64,000 nucleotides of DNA from NCBI GenBank assembly GCA_964552295.1, contig CAZKFV010000121.1:2227-66226 (forward strand), written 5' to 3'. Of the stretch, positions 9,035 to 19,081 are shown one piece after another; position 1 is the stretch's first letter, and each line of letters opens with the position of its first letter. The notes below the pieces were generated by a model. The model had not been told where the DNA came from. It saw only the letters and a program-made list of their open reading frames with translations, and searched no databases. The position numbers were made by a program, and so were the translations under genes. This DNA is from an uncultured Thermotogae bacterium (GTDB lineage: Bacteria; Bipolaricaulota; Bipolaricaulia; UBA7950; UBA9294).

Positions 9035-10161
9035 GTTCTCCCCCCTTCTACAACAGCAACTACCTCGCCTAGCATGGATGCAGCCGCGTTCCTATTCCCC
9101 ATACACATAGATCTTTCTGCCATCAAACTAAGCCTCTGTTTATCTCTTATCATTTGTTCGATTAGTTGTGCCAATCGACGATCAAGAAAGTTGTCCTCTT
9201 CTATAACTGCGCAACCTCTTTTATCTCCTAGCACACGGGCGTTAGCTAGCTGATGCCCATCAGCTGATTTTCCCAACGGAATAAGGATGGATGGCTTTCC
9301 GCAGGAAGTTATCTCTGCTAGAGTAGAAGCCCCTGCCCGGGATACGACAAGATCAGCAACGGCAAACGCGTCCCCCATCCTTTTGATATAGGTCTTACAG
9401 ACAATATTTGTTACCCCAGCAGCAGCAAGCTCAAGCTCAATCATTGAAGTGTCTGCAAGCTTACCAGTGACAAGAAGAACCTGTATATCCTTGTCTCTAG
9501 CGATTTGCTCTTTGTTCTTTCTCACGGCGTTTGTTAACGCAGACGAACCATTCGATCCACCGAAGACAAGCACCGTTTTCTTATCTTGCAAGAGGCCAAA
9601 GCTCTTATAGACTGCTGGCGTTCGCCGTGCCACAAAGAATTCGTTACGAACAGGGTTCCCTGTAGTAATAACATTTCGTGCTGAGGAGAATTGCGCCTTA
9701 GTCTGTGGGTAAGAGATCAACACCTTGTCCACAAAGCGGGCAAGAAGGCGATTTGTCAGCCCAGCCAAAGCATTCTGCTCATGGATTAGCGTACTGATTG
9801 GCAGAATCTTTCCAAGAATAGATGCAAGAAAGACAGGGGGGAAGGATGCGTAGCCCCCCATTCCTATCACCACATGAGGACGGAAGAGCAACAGCACTAT
9901 ACCGGTTTGCAGAAACGAGATTACCAGCAGGATAAGAGCTCCGAGATTTTGAAAAGCGTTTCCTCGCTCAAGTCCCTGAACATGAATAGGAAAGAATGAG
10001 ATCTGACGATATGATGGTAGAACCCGGGCCTCGATACCTCTCTTAGTACCGATATAACCCACCTTTACTTCACTTCCATATTTCTGGAACTGTTCTATCA
10101 TCGCCAACGCAGGGTAGAAATGCCCCCCAGTTCCCCCACCAGCGATCAGCACGCGCATCAC
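9031..10161 (-). CDS. murG: Undecaprenyldiphospho-muramoylpentapeptide beta-N-acetylglucosaminyltransferase MurG
   Basis: Has the N-terminus LIAGGGTGGHFYPALA and the C-terminal GT-B motif (GASTLAEITSCGKPSILIP). Confidence 0.9.
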   Translation of the reverse strand: MMRVLIAGGGTGGHFYPALAMIEQFQKYGSEVKVGYIGTKRGIEARVLPSYRQISFFPIHVQGLERGNAFQNLGALILLVISFLQTGIVLLLFRPHVVIGMGGYASFPPVFLASILGKILPISTLIHEQNALAGLTNRLLARFVDKVLISYPQTKAQFSSARNVITTGNPVRNEFFVARRTPAVYKSFGLLQDKKTVLVFGGSNGSSALTNAVRKNKEQIARDKDIQVLLVTGKLADTSMIELELAAAGVTNIVCKTYIKRMGDAFAVADLVVSRAGASTLAEITSCGKPSILIPLGKSADGHQLANARVLGDKRGCAVIEEDNFLDRRLAQLIEQMIRDKQRLSLMAERSMCMGNRNAAASMLGEVVAVVEGGRT

Positions 10162-11240
10162 TTACCTCCTTGCTTGGAAACGTTAGCTAGAACGCCCACC
10201 ATCATTAAGGTAACAAGAAGGGAAGACCCTCCATTACTGATAAAAGGAAGCGTGAGGCCGGTAACAGGTAGAAGGCCTACGACAACGCCAAGATTTAGAA
10301 TAACTTGAAAGACAATGGAAAACCCGATTCCAAAAGCAAGTAGTTGCCCAAATCGATCAGCCGCATTGTTAGCAATCGCAAAAGCTCGCCAAGCAAAGAC
10401 CACATAAAGCAGAAGCAATATACCCCCCCCTACCAACCCCATCTCTTCTGCTGTTATGGAGAAGATGAAATCGCTCTGTGCCTGAGGCAGATAGAAGAGT
10501 TTCGCTCGTGATGCCCCAAGCCCTCGCCCAAAAAAGCCTCCCGAGCCAATCGCTACAAGTGACTGAATAGTCTGATACCCGGATGATGTGCTGTACTCCT
10601 CTGGATTCAGGAAAGACAGTATTCTCGCCAGTCTATAGGGGGCAATCCGAACAGCAACAAATACCAGCGGCAGGCTTGCCATTCCTACCCCAAGCAGATG
10701 GCTAACCTTTGCCCCACCAACAAACAGCATCACGCCAGTCAACGCGGCAAGGATTAGCGTCATACCAAAGTCAGGTTGATTTATGGTGATTGCAGCAAGT
10801 ACAAGCAAGACCAAGACGAACGGAAGCACACCTTCTACAAACGTAGTCATTGATCCCTTCTTTCGCGTTATGGTAGCTGCCAAGTACGCAACAAGCGCGA
10901 ACTTACAAAGCTCCGTTGGCTGCAGCACAAGAGGTCCGATGTTCAACCAACGACCATCGCTAATCCCGTTCAGGGGAAGGATGGTAAGAAACGTAAGCCC
11001 GATAGCGCCTACGAGAAGGATGTCATCTAGCTGCTGCAAGATGTGGTAATCCAGATAACTGAACAAGACCAGCAGTGCAATGCCCAGGATCGCAGCAATG
11101 AGCTGTCTCACGAGAAGATGCGTATCTACTCCATAATGATGAAGGGAAAACGGAGCGCTAGCACTATAAACCATAATCAACCCGTAAAGCAACAGAAGCG
11201 CTGCCGATAGCAAGATTGTGCGGTCGATCTGTCGGTCCAA
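10158..11240 (-). CDS. ftsW: Peptidoglycan glycosyltransferase FtsW (SEDS family)
   Basis: A 360-aa polytopic membrane protein with SEDS signatures (QPDFGMT...SDFIFS...EEMGL...). It occupies the usual position between murD and murG. Confidence 0.85.
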   Translation of the reverse strand: MDRQIDRTILLSAALLLLYGLIMVYSASAPFSLHHYGVDTHLLVRQLIAAILGIALLVLFSYLDYHILQQLDDILLVGAIGLTFLTILPLNGISDGRWLNIGPLVLQPTELCKFALVAYLAATITRKKGSMTTFVEGVLPFVLVLLVLAAITINQPDFGMTLILAALTGVMLFVGGAKVSHLLGVGMASLPLVFVAVRIAPYRLARILSFLNPEEYSTSSGYQTIQSLVAIGSGGFFGRGLGASRAKLFYLPQAQSDFIFSITAEEMGLVGGGILLLLYVVFAWRAFAIANNAADRFGQLLAFGIGFSIVFQVILNLGVVVGLLPVTGLTLPFISNGGSSLLVTLMMVGVLANVSKQGGK

Positions 11241-11372
11241 TTCTGTCTCCTTGTATCCCTTTCTACCTCGCCACTGTTACATCACAATGGATACGCCACT
11301 TGTCCTGGAAACGGAAGGAAGGATGTCGGAATATAGGCGAGAATTCGCGTTATGGATATGAGACGTTTGACC

Positions 11373-12686
11373 CTACAGGAAACCAGACTCGCGTCGCTGG
11401 CGAACGCTTACAAGTTGCGAGAACCTCTCGCCACGTTCGATGTAATTTGCGTACTGGTCGAAGCTTGAGCAGGCAGGAGAGAAGAGAACTGTATCTGAAG
11501 CATGTGCCTGCTCCAAAGCACATTTTAACGCTTGATCTAGGGTAGAGCATAGGGTTGTACGAAAGTAACCCGTATCACGTATGATACTTTCGATAAACGA
11601 TGCTCCCTCCCCAAAGAGGGCCACGTGGCGAACATCATACCTGATTATCGCATTTGCCAGATCTGCATAGCCCCCTTGCTTATGCTTTCCGCCGAGTATT
11701 AGCACGCACCTGCCAGGAACGCTTTCAAGTGCAGTGATAGAAGACGCAGCATTGGTGGACTTCGAATCGTTGATTATCCTTATCCCTTCAATAGAGGGTT
11801 CCTGTTGAAGACGATATGGAAGATGAAATAAGTGATCTAACTCTTCTAACCTAATTGCTTCTACATCAAGCCCAGGAACTACCTCTTTACAACATGCGAT
11901 TGCTGCGCGCAAATTGCAGAGATTATGAGGAGCAAGCTTTTCAAATAGATCCCCTCGGGGAAGACTGATGTCCTCTATATAGACCTTACGCGCTATTAGG
12001 TTTTCAGTAGGTATTGGCAGCTTACGCCTTAGAATTGCGACATCTGATATACCCTGTCTTAGATAGATGCTAGATTTAGCAGCAATGTAGTTGTCCATTG
12101 TTTCATGCCAATCTAGATGGTCGGGTGATATGTTCAATAAACAGGCAACGTATGGATGAAACAGCCTGCTTTGTACAAGTTGGAAGCTGCTGACTTCAAG
12201 TACTATGACATCAGGCGAATTATCCACAACAGAAATTAGTGGAGTGCCTATGTTGCCCACTGCCTTCGCGTTTATACCCGCCTGCTTAAGTATTCCTTCT
12301 ATTATGCTCACCGTTGTTGTTTTACCGTTGGTTCCAGTAACAGCGATAAGTTTGTTCCAATCTGTGAGCAAAAGCCAAGCAAAATCGATTTCGGAGAGAA
12401 TTGTAATTCTTCTTCTTCTTGCCTCCTGCAGAATAGGAATATCAGGTCTCACTCCAGGGCTTAGAACGATCATGTCCGCTGCTTCTAAACACCGCAGGCT
12501 GTGGCCTCCTTGTTCATAGGAAATACCACTTTCGGACAAATTATCTTCATCAGCTTTTTTCAGATCTCCGTTTTCGCTAACAAAGACACTTAATCCATGA
12601 TTGTGAAGATATGAGGTAAGCGCACGCCCCGTCATACCGTAGCCAATTACGGTGACCTTCTTAATCTCTTTCCTAGCAATCCTCAC
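11373..12686 (-). CDS. murD: UDP-N-acetylmuramoylalanine--D-glutamate ligase MurD
   Basis: Has the N-terminal Rossmann motif VIGYGMTGRA, the Mur ligase P-loop GTNGKTTT and the central and C-terminal Mur ligase domains. Confidence 0.88.
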   Translation of the reverse strand: MRIARKEIKKVTVIGYGMTGRALTSYLHNHGLSVFVSENGDLKKADEDNLSESGISYEQGGHSLRCLEAADMIVLSPGVRPDIPILQEARRRRITILSEIDFAWLLLTDWNKLIAVTGTNGKTTTVSIIEGILKQAGINAKAVGNIGTPLISVVDNSPDVIVLEVSSFQLVQSRLFHPYVACLLNISPDHLDWHETMDNYIAAKSSIYLRQGISDVAILRRKLPIPTENLIARKVYIEDISLPRGDLFEKLAPHNLCNLRAAIACCKEVVPGLDVEAIRLEELDHLFHLPYRLQQEPSIEGIRIINDSKSTNAASSITALESVPGRCVLILGGKHKQGGYADLANAIIRYDVRHVALFGEGASFIESIIRDTGYFRTTLCSTLDQALKCALEQAHASDTVLFSPACSSFDQYANYIERGERFSQLVSVRQRRESGFL

Positions 12687-13608
12687 CTAAAGCGTCCTCG
12701 ATTCGCTCCTCCAGGATCAAATCATGCGAAAATGCCCGTATCTGCAAAGCCATACGCGCTACATCATACAATGCTGCCCTGGGAATTGTCCCCACAATCT
12801 CACTTCCGATCACCTCTACCCCTCGTCGTGACGCTTCTAGCTTGACGAGGTCGAAAACCCTCAGAACAGGCGTTTTCTTGAAGTTAGTTAGGTTCATGGA
12901 CACTTGGACTATGCCCCTATCTGCTAGAGTAAGCCCAAGTGCCTTCACGTAACGCAGACCTCCACTTGAGAAACGCACAGCACTGGCTATCTCCCTTGCC
13001 ACAGTGACATCAGACGAAGCTAATTCAATGTTGTAAGCAATAAGAAATTCCCGCGCACCCACCGCCACAACTCCCGCTGTAGGGTGAACCTTAGCTTCAC
13101 CGTAATCTGGTTTCCATTCGGCACGCGCAATCTTCTCTGTGAACCCTTCGAACTCTCCCTTTCTGATCTCAGCAAGGTTACGACGATAGTGGCTTGTAGC
13201 CGCCTCTTCATAAAGGTATACAGGTATCCCAAGATCCTTTGCTATACGTTGCCCAACAGTCCTGGAAAGGGCTACGCAATCGCCCATAGTAACCCCGCAA
13301 ACCGGTATAAATGGAATTACGTCAACAGCTCCCATGCGGGGATGCTCACCGGAATGTAGATTTAAGTCGATCAACTCAGAGGCTTTCTTAGCTAGCGCAA
13401 CTACCCCCTCCGCTAAGCCCTGGGCTTCACCAACAATAGTGATCACAGACCGGTTATGATCCGGATCCATACTCAGATCAATCACCTTTCTGCCACTGCC
13501 ATTAGCTGCATTAGCTATAGACTCCACTATGTCCCTGTCACGTCCTTCACTCACATTAGGAACACATTCGATCAGTTTATTCCACGTCATCATGTACCTG
13601 TGTGACAA
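12673..13608 (-). CDS. Glutamate formimidoyltransferase domain protein (FTCD N-terminal domain-like)
   Basis: Contains KLIECVPNVSEGR and HSGEHPRMGAVDVIPFIPV, which match the hallmark FTCD formiminotransferase motifs ECVPNFSEG and GEHPRMGALDVCPFIPV. The true start is possibly at the internal MM (about 13593). Confidence 0.8.
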   Translation of the reverse strand: MSHRYMMTWNKLIECVPNVSEGRDRDIVESIANAANGSGRKVIDLSMDPDHNRSVITIVGEAQGLAEGVVALAKKASELIDLNLHSGEHPRMGAVDVIPFIPVCGVTMGDCVALSRTVGQRIAKDLGIPVYLYEEAATSHYRRNLAEIRKGEFEGFTEKIARAEWKPDYGEAKVHPTAGVVAVGAREFLIAYNIELASSDVTVAREIASAVRFSSGGLRYVKALGLTLADRGIVQVSMNLTNFKKTPVLRVFDLVKLEASRRGVEVIGSEIVGTIPRAALYDVARMALQIRAFSHDLILEERIEDALGEDC

Positions 13609-14020
13609 GTGAGATTATAGCAAAAGCAGCCAGTTCATCGTTCACTTTCGCTTCAACCTCTGCTTTCACTAAGCTTTGGCGAGCTTTGAGCGATCTTGCC
13701 GTAAGTATCAATTGATCTCCAGGCACAACTTTACGACGAAAGCGAGCCTGATCTACTCCAACAAGATACCCTTCACCACTCGCCTGAGACGTCAACAGAA
13801 AAGCAGCCGTTTGAGCCATTGCCTCCAGGATAAGGGTGCCTGGCATAACCGCTGGCAGTGGCTCAGGAAAGTGCCCTTGGAAAAAGGGCTCGTTGATCGT
13901 GACGCACTTCAGTGCCACGACAAGCCCTTCCTCCTCTTGCAATATCCGATCTATCATCAAGTAAGGATAGCGTAGGGGCAAGGTTCTACGTATCCCTTCC
14001 AGATCCCTAGTCATAAGCAC
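13577..14020 (-). CDS. fabZ: 3-hydroxyacyl-ACP dehydratase FabZ
   Basis: A hot-dog fold protein with the FabZ motif LPLRYPYLMIDRI...EPFFQGHFPEPLPAVMPGTLILEAMAQ. Confidence 0.88.
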   Translation of the reverse strand: MLMTRDLEGIRRTLPLRYPYLMIDRILQEEEGLVVALKCVTINEPFFQGHFPEPLPAVMPGTLILEAMAQTAAFLLTSQASGEGYLVGVDQARFRRKVVPGDQLILTARSLKARQSLVKAEVEAKVNDELAAFAIISLVTQVHDDVE

Positions 14021-14764
14021 TTACAGGTAACTGGAGAGCTCTTCCTTAACAAGCTGAGTGATGTCCTCGATCTTGTCAGTGTTGCGATATACTATAACGT
14101 TCTTCGATCGCAGCACTATATCATAACCTTCTTTATCGGCGATTTTGTTAGCCGCTTGTACTATCTTAGCTGTCGCAGCCTGCGTCAGTAGCTGATCAAG
14201 CTGACTGAACGCATTCTTTACCTGAGTGTAACGGTTATCAACTTCGGTGGCATCAACAACCCCCACACGTACAGTAGAAACCAAGTTTTTCATCTCATCT
14301 ATTACAGGTTGCGCCTCATCCTTCAGTAGCTGTAGATCAGTCTTCATATCAGAAAAGCCTGGCGATGCAATCATCTTATCAATCGTTCCCATATCTATGT
14401 TTAGTTGAGCCTGCAATAGCTCCACCTGCAATTGCCTGTACTGTGCATCATACTCATCCTTGGATATCGTGCTCGCCATATACTGCTGCTGCAACTTGGT
14501 TATCTCTCCCTGCTTATCAACAGCTAACTGCCTTAGATCACTAACCGCATCCGTAAATACTTTAAACGCATCCTCTGCGCTGATGTAGGCCATATTTAAC
14601 GATGTGGCCGGCCTGTTCTCCAGGTCCTCAATTCTACCTGTAAGATCCCTTATTTCTGCACTATTGTCCGGTCCTTCTCCAGAAGGCATCACAAACGGAA
14701 GCACGATGGCGACCACCGCAAGCACAATAGCAACAACTGATACTACAAGCGTGTTCTTTGACAT
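14021..14764 (-). CDS. skp: OmpH/Skp-family periplasmic chaperone, long form with an N-terminal membrane anchor
   Basis: A 247-aa coiled-coil protein with a C-terminal OmpH-like segment (AANKIADKEGYDIVLRSKNVIVY...DITQLVKEEL). It occupies the canonical position between bamA and fabZ. Confidence 0.6.
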   Translation of the reverse strand: MSKNTLVVSVVAIVLAVVAIVLPFVMPSGEGPDNSAEIRDLTGRIEDLENRPATSLNMAYISAEDAFKVFTDAVSDLRQLAVDKQGEITKLQQQYMASTISKDEYDAQYRQLQVELLQAQLNIDMGTIDKMIASPGFSDMKTDLQLLKDEAQPVIDEMKNLVSTVRVGVVDATEVDNRYTQVKNAFSQLDQLLTQAATAKIVQAANKIADKEGYDIVLRSKNVIVYRNTDKIEDITQLVKEELSSYL

Positions 14765-14826
14765 TCTTTTCCTCCTTATCGTTAACGGCGTCCTAGATTA
14801 TAAGATCCAATCCTTCTTCTGTCATC

Positions 14827-16995
14827 TTAGAACATTGGGCTGAACCCGAAGTCGAACGTGGGAACCCAGCTCATGTCTTTTCCCAACACCCATGCTGCAT
14901 CCAACCTTACGTATATTCCCGCCGCTTCAATTCCAAGCTCTATCCCGAACGATCCCTTTGCCGATGAAAGCGTAACCTGGTCCAGTGATGCTCCTGCATC
15001 CAAGAAAAGAACACCCGTCAGCCCTTCCACTATTGCAAGCCTATACTCGAAGTTACTATATACAAGTCTACTTACCGAACTGACGGTTGTGCCCCTGATT
15101 GTTGCCGCCCCGCCCAGGCTATATGCCTCAGAGGCCGGGATATTTGATCCCCACCCAGCGGCAAGCCGCACCGCAAAGACCTGGTCACGCTCGCTTACAA
15201 AGGGAAGGTTGCTGTACAGCTGAGAAAACTTGATCCAACTAATGTTAACCTTGGTGTAGCTAGGCCCTGGAGCAAATCCGCCTGCTTTCTCTAAAGATAT
15301 CGATCGCCTATTGCCGGAGGTAGGAAAAAATGGATTACGGACGTCGTCATAGCTGATCCCAGTAGTAACAGAATTTACGGGATAGGTTATTTGATCCTTT
15401 GAAGAGGTAACTTCCTCATGCTTGAAAGAAAGGTTTAAGGTAGTGAAATCGACAACGGGGTAACTGACCGATCCAGAAGCACCTATGGTGAGATATGTTG
15501 TTGGAGAGTCATCGTTCACCTCTCTTTCATCGGTCTGACGATACAGGTCTAGCCCGACCCGCTCAAAGCCGCGGAAAAACGCAACGGTGCTGTAGCCGAG
15601 GTTCCAGGTTGCGCTCTCATCGTTTATCAATCCGCGCGCAAACGAGAATGAAAGGTCCTGCCCCGTACCAAATAGGTTCTTCTGGCTGTAGTCAAGCTTG
15701 CCGACTAGCCCCCCACTCGGCGGAGAAAATGCTATCGAACCGTTTATTCCGCCGAGCTTCTTGCTTTCTACGACGGAGACTGAGACATCAACCTTTCCAT
15801 CTACCCACTGGGGATCGACATTGACCGAATTGAAGTAACCCAGCGACATCAGTTCCTGGTAGTACACCGCAAGCCGATTCCTGTTAAAGACATCCCCTGG
15901 CTTAAGACCGAAGACTTTACTGATCACGTATGTCTTCGTCTTTTCGTTCCCAGCAATGTTCACCTCGCCTATCTCCCCTTCCTTAACAACTACTGTGAGT
16001 TTCCCATTCTCAACCGGGCCTACTTCAAATTCCACCATGACATATCCGTTGCGATAGTAAAGATCAAACAGTCCCTTCAGCAGACTTAGTAGTTCGTAAT
16101 TGTCTATCTCATCCAGCGCAACTTCACCCACAGTTGCCGCAGTGATCTCCCAAGGAAAAACGGTAACTCCCGCTATATTCAGACCGCTAATCGAAATCGG
16201 GTCATCGATCAGCACCCGCTCAGTCAGTGACCATAATAAGCGCACCGAATCCGCTGTTGCTCCCTGTTGTGCCTTTACATCCACGTTCGAGAAGTATACA
16301 GATGCCTGCAACCGCGACACCACTTGCTGAATAGGGGCGCTCTTTAAGCATTCCCCCAGAGGCAACTCGATCATATCCTCAGCGACGCTTTCAGGCACCG
16401 ATGATAGCCCCGTCACTATGTTGCCGGTTACCTTTCCCTCTACGATCTGTACTCTGAGAGTCTCTCCGGGGGTCACACGGCCAATGGATACCAATACGTA
16501 TCCCTTATCTTCGTAAGCGTCTATTATGGCTTTCAAGCCATCATTTAAGGAATTGTTGTTCAGAACCTTGTCCTTTTTTACCCCTTTGTCTCGCAAGATT
16601 CTGCGCGCTTTATCACTACTCATAATGGGCGCCCGAAAAAGCGTTAGGCCAAACAGGTTAAACTCCTCGGTATTAGCATTCCCTGTAATCTCTATTTCCT
16701 TGACCACAGGATTTTCTGTCACGCTGAAGGTCAATACTGCATCATCACTAACCTCAGGAATGACATCGCTAAACCAGCCAAGGTCATAGATTGCTTGTGA
16801 AGCCGCCTTAAGCATTTTGGAGGTGATTTCATCACCTACGTTAAATGGTACAACCTTCATTATGTCAGCCGTTTCAATTTTCTTATTCCCATCTATTGCT
16901 ATTTCCGTTATTGTTATCGGCAAATCAGCCGCGAATACGTTAAGGCCAACGCTCAGAAGACATGCCAGCACAAACAAAAGCTTGCTTCTCATCAT
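14827..16995 (-). CDS. bamA: Outer membrane protein assembly factor BamA (Omp85)
   Basis: The 722-aa product has a signal peptide, repeated POTRA modules and a C-terminal beta-barrel that ends in an aromatic residue (...FGFSPMF). Confidence 0.88.
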   Translation of the reverse strand: MMRSKLLFVLACLLSVGLNVFAADLPITITEIAIDGNKKIETADIMKVVPFNVGDEITSKMLKAASQAIYDLGWFSDVIPEVSDDAVLTFSVTENPVVKEIEITGNANTEEFNLFGLTLFRAPIMSSDKARRILRDKGVKKDKVLNNNSLNDGLKAIIDAYEDKGYVLVSIGRVTPGETLRVQIVEGKVTGNIVTGLSSVPESVAEDMIELPLGECLKSAPIQQVVSRLQASVYFSNVDVKAQQGATADSVRLLWSLTERVLIDDPISISGLNIAGVTVFPWEITAATVGEVALDEIDNYELLSLLKGLFDLYYRNGYVMVEFEVGPVENGKLTVVVKEGEIGEVNIAGNEKTKTYVISKVFGLKPGDVFNRNRLAVYYQELMSLGYFNSVNVDPQWVDGKVDVSVSVVESKKLGGINGSIAFSPPSGGLVGKLDYSQKNLFGTGQDLSFSFARGLINDESATWNLGYSTVAFFRGFERVGLDLYRQTDEREVNDDSPTTYLTIGASGSVSYPVVDFTTLNLSFKHEEVTSSKDQITYPVNSVTTGISYDDVRNPFFPTSGNRRSISLEKAGGFAPGPSYTKVNISWIKFSQLYSNLPFVSERDQVFAVRLAAGWGSNIPASEAYSLGGAATIRGTTVSSVSRLVYSNFEYRLAIVEGLTGVLFLDAGASLDQVTLSSAKGSFGIELGIEAAGIYVRLDAAWVLGKDMSWVPTFDFGFSPMF

Positions 16996-17111
16996 TCCTC
17001 CTTAATGGTGATGGCCTGAAGGGCCAATCTACACAACAGCAATACATCCGCTAACTATACAAACCGAATGTGTGGTTTCTGTGAATCATGTTACTTGTTT
17101 ATGATAACAGA

Positions 17112-18644
17112 TCAAAGAGAACTATCACTAGCGCGATACTGGATCGCCTCCGCAAGATGCGCACTTCTTATTGCCTCCGAGTTATCAAGATCAGCTATTG
17201 TACGAGCTACTTTAAGGGTGCGGGTATATGCTCGGGCACTCAACCCTAAGCGCCTGATTGCTAGTTTGATAAGGTCTTTTCCTTCATTATCAAGGGCGCA
17301 ATAGGTCTCGATCGCCTTGGTGGACAGCTGCGTATTAGTGAATGTACCCTTCTTGTCTCGGAACCTGCTAAGCTGTATCCTCCTTGCACGCATTACCCTT
17401 TCCTGCGCCATCAAGGAGCTTTCTCCTTGAGGTCGAGCGAGAAGCTCTTCAGTAGTTAGTCGTGGAACCTCCACGAACAGATCAACACGATCGAGAAATG
17501 GCCCGGATAATCTTCTGCGATAACGCTTGATCTCGCTTATCGTGCATGTACAAGGCTGCGTGTGATCGCCAAGGTGCCCGCAAGGACAAGGGTTCATTGC
17601 TCCTATCATAGTGAAGCTAGCTGGATAACGAATTGATACTCCTGCACGGGACAGGAGAATTGACCTGTCCTCAAGTGGCTGACGAAGTGTCTCTAGAACA
17701 TGTCGCTCAAACTCGGGGATCTCATCCAGGAATAGTACACCATGGTGAGCAAGGGTGATCTCTCCTGGCCCAGGCAAACCATGACCACCTCCCACCATAC
17801 CCGCATACGAGATCGTGTGATGCGGAGCGCGAAAAGGAGGCAAGGTGATTATTGGCGTCTCTGGAGCTAGCAGACCAGCTATGCTGTAGACACGCGTAAC
17901 CTCTAGAGCCTCCTCGAAAGAGAGTACTGGAAGAATCCCCGGAAGACAGTGAGCAAGCATGCTCTTACCTGCCCCCGGAGGCCCGCTCATCATCAGATTA
18001 TGTCCTCCTGCAGCAGCTATCTCTAAGGCCCGCTTCGCAATTTCCTGCCCCTTTACATCGGATAGATCAAGCTTGACCGCAGTTCTTCCCCGCTGGAAGA
18101 GCGCTTGTTTATCTACTACAGATGGTAAGATGGGTGCAAGGCCCGCAATGAAGGCTGCTGCTTGTGCTAAGCTTTTTACTGGATAAACAGGAAGACCATC
18201 CACAAGAGCTGCCTCAGTTGCATTTCCTTCCGGAACCACCAACCCGTCATACTTAGAATTGGAACTCATCATTGAAATCGCAAGGACCCCCGGCACAGGG
18301 CGCACCTCTCCATTCAAAGATAACTCACCAACAATGACGTATCGCCGCTCTGTGGAAACAATCTGCTGAGAAGAAAGCAATATAGCTAAGGCGATCGGAA
18401 GATCAAAACCAACGCCCTCCTTTCTCAGATCAGCAGGGGCCAGATTTGCCGTAATCCTCCTTGCCGGGAAAGAGAATCCGGAGTTTTTGATAGCCGAGCG
18501 AACTCTCTCTCTGCTTTCACTCACTTCTTTTTCTGGAAGTCCCACCACTTGAAAAGCAGGCAAACCACCAGTTACATCGCATTGAATCTCAACAGACCGA
18601 GCGTCGATCCCTACGACAACACTGCTCACAAGGTTGGAGTACAT
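17112..18644 (-). CDS. YifB/ComM family Mg-chelatase-like AAA+ ATPase
   Basis: The 510-aa product has an N-terminal Lon-like domain, a Walker A motif (GPPGAGKSM) and a zinc-finger-like segment (CPCGHLGDHTQPCTC). It overlaps yraN. Confidence 0.85.
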   Translation of the reverse strand: MYSNLVSSVVVGIDARSVEIQCDVTGGLPAFQVVGLPEKEVSESRERVRSAIKNSGFSFPARRITANLAPADLRKEGVGFDLPIALAILLSSQQIVSTERRYVIVGELSLNGEVRPVPGVLAISMMSSNSKYDGLVVPEGNATEAALVDGLPVYPVKSLAQAAAFIAGLAPILPSVVDKQALFQRGRTAVKLDLSDVKGQEIAKRALEIAAAGGHNLMMSGPPGAGKSMLAHCLPGILPVLSFEEALEVTRVYSIAGLLAPETPIITLPPFRAPHHTISYAGMVGGGHGLPGPGEITLAHHGVLFLDEIPEFERHVLETLRQPLEDRSILLSRAGVSIRYPASFTMIGAMNPCPCGHLGDHTQPCTCTISEIKRYRRRLSGPFLDRVDLFVEVPRLTTEELLARPQGESSLMAQERVMRARRIQLSRFRDKKGTFTNTQLSTKAIETYCALDNEGKDLIKLAIRRLGLSARAYTRTLKVARTIADLDNSEAIRSAHLAEAIQYRASDSSL

Positions 18645-18994
18645 CTGTCCTCCAACTGAAAAGCATTCTTCAGCAATTTGACCTTACCGTTCTGGATGGT
18701 GACAAGGTCAAACCTAACTGGAAGGTCAGTCTGTACCTTGGAAAGATACATCCGGCTAGCAGCTACTATTCTCCGTTGTTTGTGCAGAGTAAGCGCCCCC
18801 TCAGCCCCGCCATAATCTGATCTGGTGCGTGCCTTGACCTCTATGAACGCAAGGGTGTCACCATCGCGAGCGATGACATCGATTTCACCAAAGCAACATG
18901 TCCAATTACGCTCTATAAGAGCATACCCATGTTTTTTCAAGTACCGACAAGCTGCTTGTTCCCCCTTTTTACCGATTCCATCACTTTTCTTCAT
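18626..18994 (-). CDS. YraN family (UPF0102) predicted endonuclease
   Basis: The 122-aa product contains GEIDVIARDGDTLAFIEVKAR, a restriction-endonuclease-like fold motif. It forms the conserved yraN-yifB pairing. Confidence 0.75.
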   Translation of the reverse strand: MKKSDGIGKKGEQAACRYLKKHGYALIERNWTCCFGEIDVIARDGDTLAFIEVKARTRSDYGGAEGALTLHKQRRIVAASRMYLSKVQTDLPVRFDLVTIQNGKVKLLKNAFQLEDRCTPTL

Positions 18995-19052
18995 TGTCTA
19001 TTCTACATTATACCAAAAGAACAGCTCGCTGAGCGAACAGCCCACATGTCTG

Positions 19053-19081
19053 TTGTGGAAAACTGTCTTAAGCGCTATAAT
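19053..19081 (+). promoter_or_regulatory. Sigma70-like promoter for mtaD (TTGTGG-N17-TATAAT)
   Basis: A perfect TATAAT lies at about 19076-19081 with TTGTGG 17 nt upstream. The predicted TSS falls downstream of the first in-frame ATG, which argues for the ATG at 19111 as the true start. Confidence 0.4.
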
